Assembly: GCA_965644295.1 (NCBI GenBank)
Contig: CBFFRP010000418.1
Location: 75,714 to 139,713, forward strand
Source: Paraphysomonas bandaiensis
Lineage: Eukaryota; Protista; Chrysophyceae
Length of the DNA stretch: 64,000 nt
Direction of reading: 5' to 3'
In this document: positions 58,862-64,000 of the stretch, one piece after another
Position numbering within the stretch: position 1 is the stretch's first letter
Layout of the letters: each line of letters starts with the position of its first letter
Made by a program: the position numbers and the translations under genes
Notes under the pieces: model-generated
What the model saw: the letters and a program-made list of their open reading frames with translations, nothing else
Told to the model about the DNA's origin: nothing
Database searches by the model: none

Positions 58862-61800
58862 TATTGAATGTCTTTTTATTTAGCAATAGGCGTTAAAAAC
58901 CCGTTCCGATATAGCGGCTAGTTGAATACTAGTCTACTAGTTAGACCTCTACCCATAACTAATCAGCACAAATTCTATTATCCTACTATTTAACGCTACA
59001 GAAGCTGCTTGTGCGTCGCCGCAAGCACCAAGGTGCAACCACTTCCGTTCTTGATGTTGTGTGTGAGTTCGCCCTGCTCGTGTGTCTGAGGACTCACTGG
59101 CGCGTGTTGTCCGGGGGTCTCCCCTTGGGATACGGTTCCGCCTGACTCTGAGGTACCGGGTTCTGTATTAAGGTCCTGAGTGTACCGAGCACTAGATGTG
59201 TGGACTGAGAGGTTGATGGTGTGGTGGAATGTGGCGGTGTCGCCATGCACCGTTTGGGCGTTGGGCATAGGTGGAGTTGCCGGAGACGTCGTCGCCTTTG
59301 TCTAGGGCCTGTTGGTTTCATACGGTCCGTTGCTATGGTCCTCTGTGTATGGTTGGTAGGGTTCAGAGGTACGGTGGGCGGTGTTCCAGTCTCGGTTCGT
59401 CTGTGGATTCCTAGTAATCTTAGCACCCTTGGGCGTTTCCGTTTCTGGCTGTGGTTTGGACTCGGCCGCGGTAGTAGCCTTGGGGGGCCTTTCCGTAGGG
59501 TCACGTATCTTCTTCCGCGATCTTGGATCATGAGCTTTGCTGCAGCGAACAGCGGTAGCAGTAATTTGATGATCGCTGATTCGATGCTGCGCAGTCCTTG
59601 GGATGTCAGTGATTCATGGATGTGATCTCCAAAAACCATTTCAAGCTGTGTCATTGTGATGGTACCCGTCCAGAATCTCTCCACCTGTGGCACGGAAGGG
59701 TTCCAGGCCCTGCTGGAGAGTCGCTGGAGTACAGTGGTGGTCCATTGGGGTAATTCCGGATTCCTCATTTCTTCTAGGAGCGCGTTTTTGTGGCTGTGAA
59801 ATGCAGACTCCCTTATCTGCGTTATGGTGTCGTTTGTGCAGTCTAGACACATATGCTTGAGTGAGTCTAGTCTAAATCCGCAGTCAGAGCATACGGCTTT
59901 AGCCATGTCGAGTCCGTGTTTGGTTTTCGCCCGGTTTCTTCCTATGCTGAAGGATTTGTCCCATGTCAGTGCTGCATTTAGTACTCTTTGGCGCAGGTGG
60001 GAGCTCACTTTGTCCTTTGATGGTCCACCATCTGCTTGCGCCAGTTTGCGCGGAAGTAGTGCTCCGCTGTCTTTCCAGTATCCAGGAGCCCGGTCGGGAT
60101 TGTGACCGTAGCGTTGGTCTCGGAGAGCTGTATATGCCTCCAGCGTCCGTTGATTACGGAGGGATTGGAAATCCGTGAGCAGGGGGCTAGTGCGATACGG
60201 CCGTCGTTCCCCAGTTAGGCGCCAGTGCCATAAACCCTCGGTGAGTATTCTCTCGATGGCTTGGTCCACTTCCATGTTACAGACAGTGTAATTTTGTCGT
60301 CCGAGTAGTCGATCTACCTCAAGCCAGTCCCCTCCTGCTACTGCGTCGGCAATGTAAATTCCTTTGTCTTCATATGTCCATTCAGACTCATCAGAGGTGC
60401 GTCGTTCGGGGTGTGATCGGACCCAGGCTACTGTCCTTGTGCAATCGTTATTTGTTGCAATGCTTTCGAGCAGTACACCTTTGGCACGATGCCCCAGTGC
60501 CCGACGTCTGGCGGAGAGTGCTTCGTGTGTGCGTATGCAGACGGCCTTACAGTCCGTATTTATCGGTATGTGTGATGGGAGTCGCGCAGACAGTATAAGC
60601 GCCATTGCTGCTCCCATGAGCTCGTATGCATACGGGCCAAGTCCAGGCACGTCGCTGAAGGGTGTCTCTAATCGCAGTATTTTTGTTGTACCGTTCTTCC
60701 ATTCATCCTCCGGGGGGAGCCAGACTGCCGCCGCTCCTCCATAAATTATGACATTTTCAAAATTTCACCAGTTTTAGAGCGCTTCTCCAGGTTTCTTCAT
60801 CACATCAACATTATGTGCCCATCTTGTACGTGGGTTTACATGCGTAATGCGGCGCGGGGATAGGGCTGTAGGCGTGTATGAGCCGTCGGTGAAGATTGCC
60901 TGATATGTATCCGCGGTTACATCATCCAGTTCTAATGTGCGGATAATGTTGGTCAGGGTGTTGGTATCTTGAGGTTCCGGGCTGTCGGGTTGTTGGAGAG
61001 TAAGGCCAACCTCCGTACCCCATTCCCGCAGACTTAAGGCAAAGTGGTGGTAGTTTGGGTACGGCGCGATAGTCTGTGTTAGGAGAAAGTGCGCTGCGTC
61101 ACCGGCATCACCGCCTAGGATTATGGCGCGCTGTAGGGAGCCCCATTTTTGTTCTTGAGCGGAGTCTGAGAAGCGTTTCATTCCGAGTCCATTATGCCTG
61201 AGAGAGAGGTAGATCATTTCCGTGGGGTAACCAGGACTCAGGCTTAGTGCTTTCCTGTAAATGTTTGCGCACGTTGAATCGATGTTCTTGTAATATTGCA
61301 GGGGCCAAGAAGCCTTGGTGGCCTTGTAAAGTAGAGTGGGTATGATTTGGGTCTCTATAACCATGACTTTGCAACCCGCTGAGGCGTGCCTGATCCCAAG
61401 GTGTGTGCCCGCTGCCTTTAGGTAGTTTGTACACCAATTGTATGAGTCCGTGTCTGTAGGTGTTAGTGGTAGATCCGCCCCCAAATAGTGTATCGATTCA
61501 TGAGTCGTTTGTATTGGTACAGGTTGGGGTCTCCAATACCAGTCATATAAGGTAATGTGTCCGGTTTGTTTGACCTGGGCTAGATTTTCCCGTAGGTGAG
61601 GGAAAAAAGTGCAGATAACCTTAGGTACCGAGAGTTCCATTCCCGAGAAGCTGCAGAACGCCGACATTCGTATCGCCGTTTCCTGGGCTTGAGTGATAGA
61701 CACATCTATGGTGGTGATGTCATCCGCGAAGGAGACTTTTTTCTTTGAGTTCGGGGTCAGTAGGAGTGGTGATGGTGTAAGACAGATTGCTCTAAGATCT

Positions 61801-64000
61801 AGGTCTAACCATGTAAGAAGGATATCGTGTAGCGCCACCCAGGCACAAGTGGATTCGGTTCCCCCCTGTGTGATTCCTCTCACGGCCTCAAATCCGAGTA
61901 CGAACTGTGCAAGGAAGTGTCCGTCGGTAGCTAGAAGTTCTGCCAACGAGCGTGGCTCCATGTTGTTCGCCATGAACGGCGTCCATGGGAATGTGAGACC
62001 CCCAGCGTCTAATTCTCCAAACCATTCAACCACAGCATCGGGGACACCTAGCCGAGCCCATGCTAGTTTCATTAGATTAGGTGTTATGGAGTCGAATGCT
62101 TTTTTGAAGTCCCAGAGCGTGCAGATGTGTTGGGCATTGTGACGTCTGGCTGCCTCTGAGGCCGCTAGAACCCTTAAAATGGCCGTGTCTGTGCCATTTC
62201 TCCAGCGATATCCATGTTGGGACGGGTGTAGGATCTGCTGTTCCTCCCAGACTGTGAGTATCCTGTGGGAGATTATTCTTGTCAGAATTTTCCGTGATAT
62301 TTCGAGCAGACCGATCGGTCGAAGGTTGGAAAAAGAGGGTTCTCCTGGTTTCTTGAGTATGGGGGTCATTACTCTGTCTCTCCACCAAGTAGGCACGTGT
62401 TTGTGCTTCCAGAGCGACTTGATAAGGGTGAATGCTTCCTGTTGTATGGCTGGAGGCCAGGATTTGACCATGTTGGATGAGACCATGGAGGGTCCGGGAG
62501 CCCGGTTGAAGGATATGGAATGTAGGGTGGAGTAGAATTCTTCGTGCGTGATGTCCTTCTCTAAAGCCTTTCCGAGTAGGTCCGCCATTTCTGGTTTAAC
62601 TTTAGTGCATAGTGCACGTCGTAGTCCGTGTTGTAGGGTAAGGGGTATGTGCGAGCACGGATGGAGGGGCTCCTGGGAAGTCACCGATTGAGGGTCAAGG
62701 AGGGTTTTCCACCAGTTGGGGTCGTCCTGTAGTCTTTGTGCGACTGGGTCCAGTCCTGCAGGTTCCGCGTGGTGGTCTCGAAAGTGTTTGTTGATTCCTT
62801 CGTGGATGTCTTGCGGGGTAGTGAGAAGTGTCCCGTCAGTAGTTCTCACTGTCGTTAGTCGAAGTGGCGTTGTGATTTTAAGTCCTATCTTCTGCAGTAC
62901 TGCTTGTAGTCTTCTCTGTTCTAGTAATGCTTCCATTTGGTTTGTACGGTCTGTGAGCCTCTTGCGCATCTCCGTCCTGTCTCGTCCGTGCAAGAGTCCT
63001 CGCATTCGAATCACAATGTGTAGAAGGTTCTTCTTGGTGACTTGTTTGGCAGTCCAGCTCAGAATGGCTCTGGGGTCTGCTGATCGGTAATCATTCCTGA
63101 AGTTGATGTCGGCTATTCCTTTCGCAGGTCCCGTGGAGTTTTGGAGGTACGAGTTCCCGCGCTCCTGCCAGGCGGTGATGAGCGCGTGGATCGGATTGCG
63201 TAATGGGGATCCACGCCATCCGTGTCTTTTATATCCAGCTGAGTTAAACATTTTCTGAACTATCTTTATTACCATAACCATCCCTTCTTGAATTACCCTC
63301 ATTTCCGGGGAGAAACCATCTTTAAAATGTGAACGAATTCGCTGACACCGGTCATGGAGCCTCGTGCGACGGCTGTAGCGGGGACCCTTTGCTGTAAGCG
63401 TTGCCTGCAAGGTGATGTGATGTATCGCCGCTAGTCGGGTGGCTGCAGTCTCTGGGTCTAGTGTTGGGCTGAGGTTCGTGTCTATAGGGGGCAGTTGGGC
63501 GTGTAGCATGAGAAGTTTGGCAGTGTACGCTTTTACCTCCTCAGGATCCCTTGGGTTGATGTTTAGGCGAGGAGGTATTTTTAAGTGTGACTCTGGCTGG
63601 GGAAGAGATATCTTGTGTTACAGTAATATTGAATCCAACCCAAACCGGCCTATGGTCAAACGCTGCTGCAATTAAGGTGGGGGAATTGAGGCATCCGGTG
63701 TCAGTGATTCGCATATGCTGTGGAAGTGGCGTATGTAGTATGTGATCGATACGCGAGATTCCCTTGTCCAATCTGTGGAATGTGTGAAAAGCTTGCCGTT
63801 GGAGTAATTGTGTGATTAGTGGCGCCGACAGCTGGAGTTTACCGGCTAGTGGGCGTATATCTCTATTCGTGGTGTGCGTTTCCATGGATCCGTTAAAGTC
63901 GCCTGCAATGATTACCGTGTGACCTCTGGCCCGGGCCTTGGTAACCCATTTAGTGATGATGTTGCAGAGGAGATCATATGGGGCAACCGGTTTAGTGTTG
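58862..64000 (-). mobile_element. Non-LTR retrotransposon (APE endonuclease - RT - RNase H - CCHC), inactivated; 5' part lies outside the window
   Basis: APE: IIAGDFN, SRIDH, DHRPV. RT: RAPGP, LRPIGLL, DFKKAFDSI, GITQG, FADD, YLG. RNase H: FTDGS, AYE, TDC, WVRSH, ADAVA. Zinc knuckle CSDC..H...C. Frameshift near 63580 and stops at 60765-60776. Confidence 0.95.

Noticed and set aside
60745-60842. Spliceosomal intron within the LINE (starts GTAAAC)
   Set aside because: I found no acceptor AG that removes both stops and restores the frame at the patch boundary.
1-64000. tRNA, rRNA or snRNA genes
   Set aside because: No recognisable cloverleaf, A/B boxes or conserved rRNA/snRNA sequence seen by eye; a covariance-model scan could still find small RNAs.

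Overview
Gene-dense eukaryotic nuclear DNA with tiny GT-AG introns (mostly 40-60 nt) and ciliary genes (BART, SHIPPO, CCDC78-like), so a flagellated protist; stramenopile-like is only an impression. I can support 21 protein-coding genes. Twenty of them form ten head-to-head pairs separated by short (about 360-870 bp) TATG/CATA-rich spacers that are probably bidirectional promoters; only RPB8 is unpaired. Mobile DNA: one damaged APE-RT-RNaseH non-LTR retrotransposon (58.9-64 kb), three derivatives of it (a 5'-truncated copy with a 15-bp TSD, an internally deleted copy, and a ~340-bp head+tail element), and two MITEs. The most striking object is the satellite at 0.3-4.05 kb. It is the 3,845-nt intron of a BART-domain gene, built from about 31 near-perfect tandem copies of the gene's own exon-1/donor junction (CATGATGACTTCCAG|GTAACCC). 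Each 83-170-nt unit therefore reads as a complete GT...CAG intron, making this a candidate array of recursive splice sites. Other highlights: a hidden 59-aa four-exon microprotein gene, a catalytically degenerate kinesin fused to a CCDC78-like tail, a bacterial-type TruC, and an AN1-like zinc finger-lipase fusion. All homology calls come from remembered family motifs; no searches were run.
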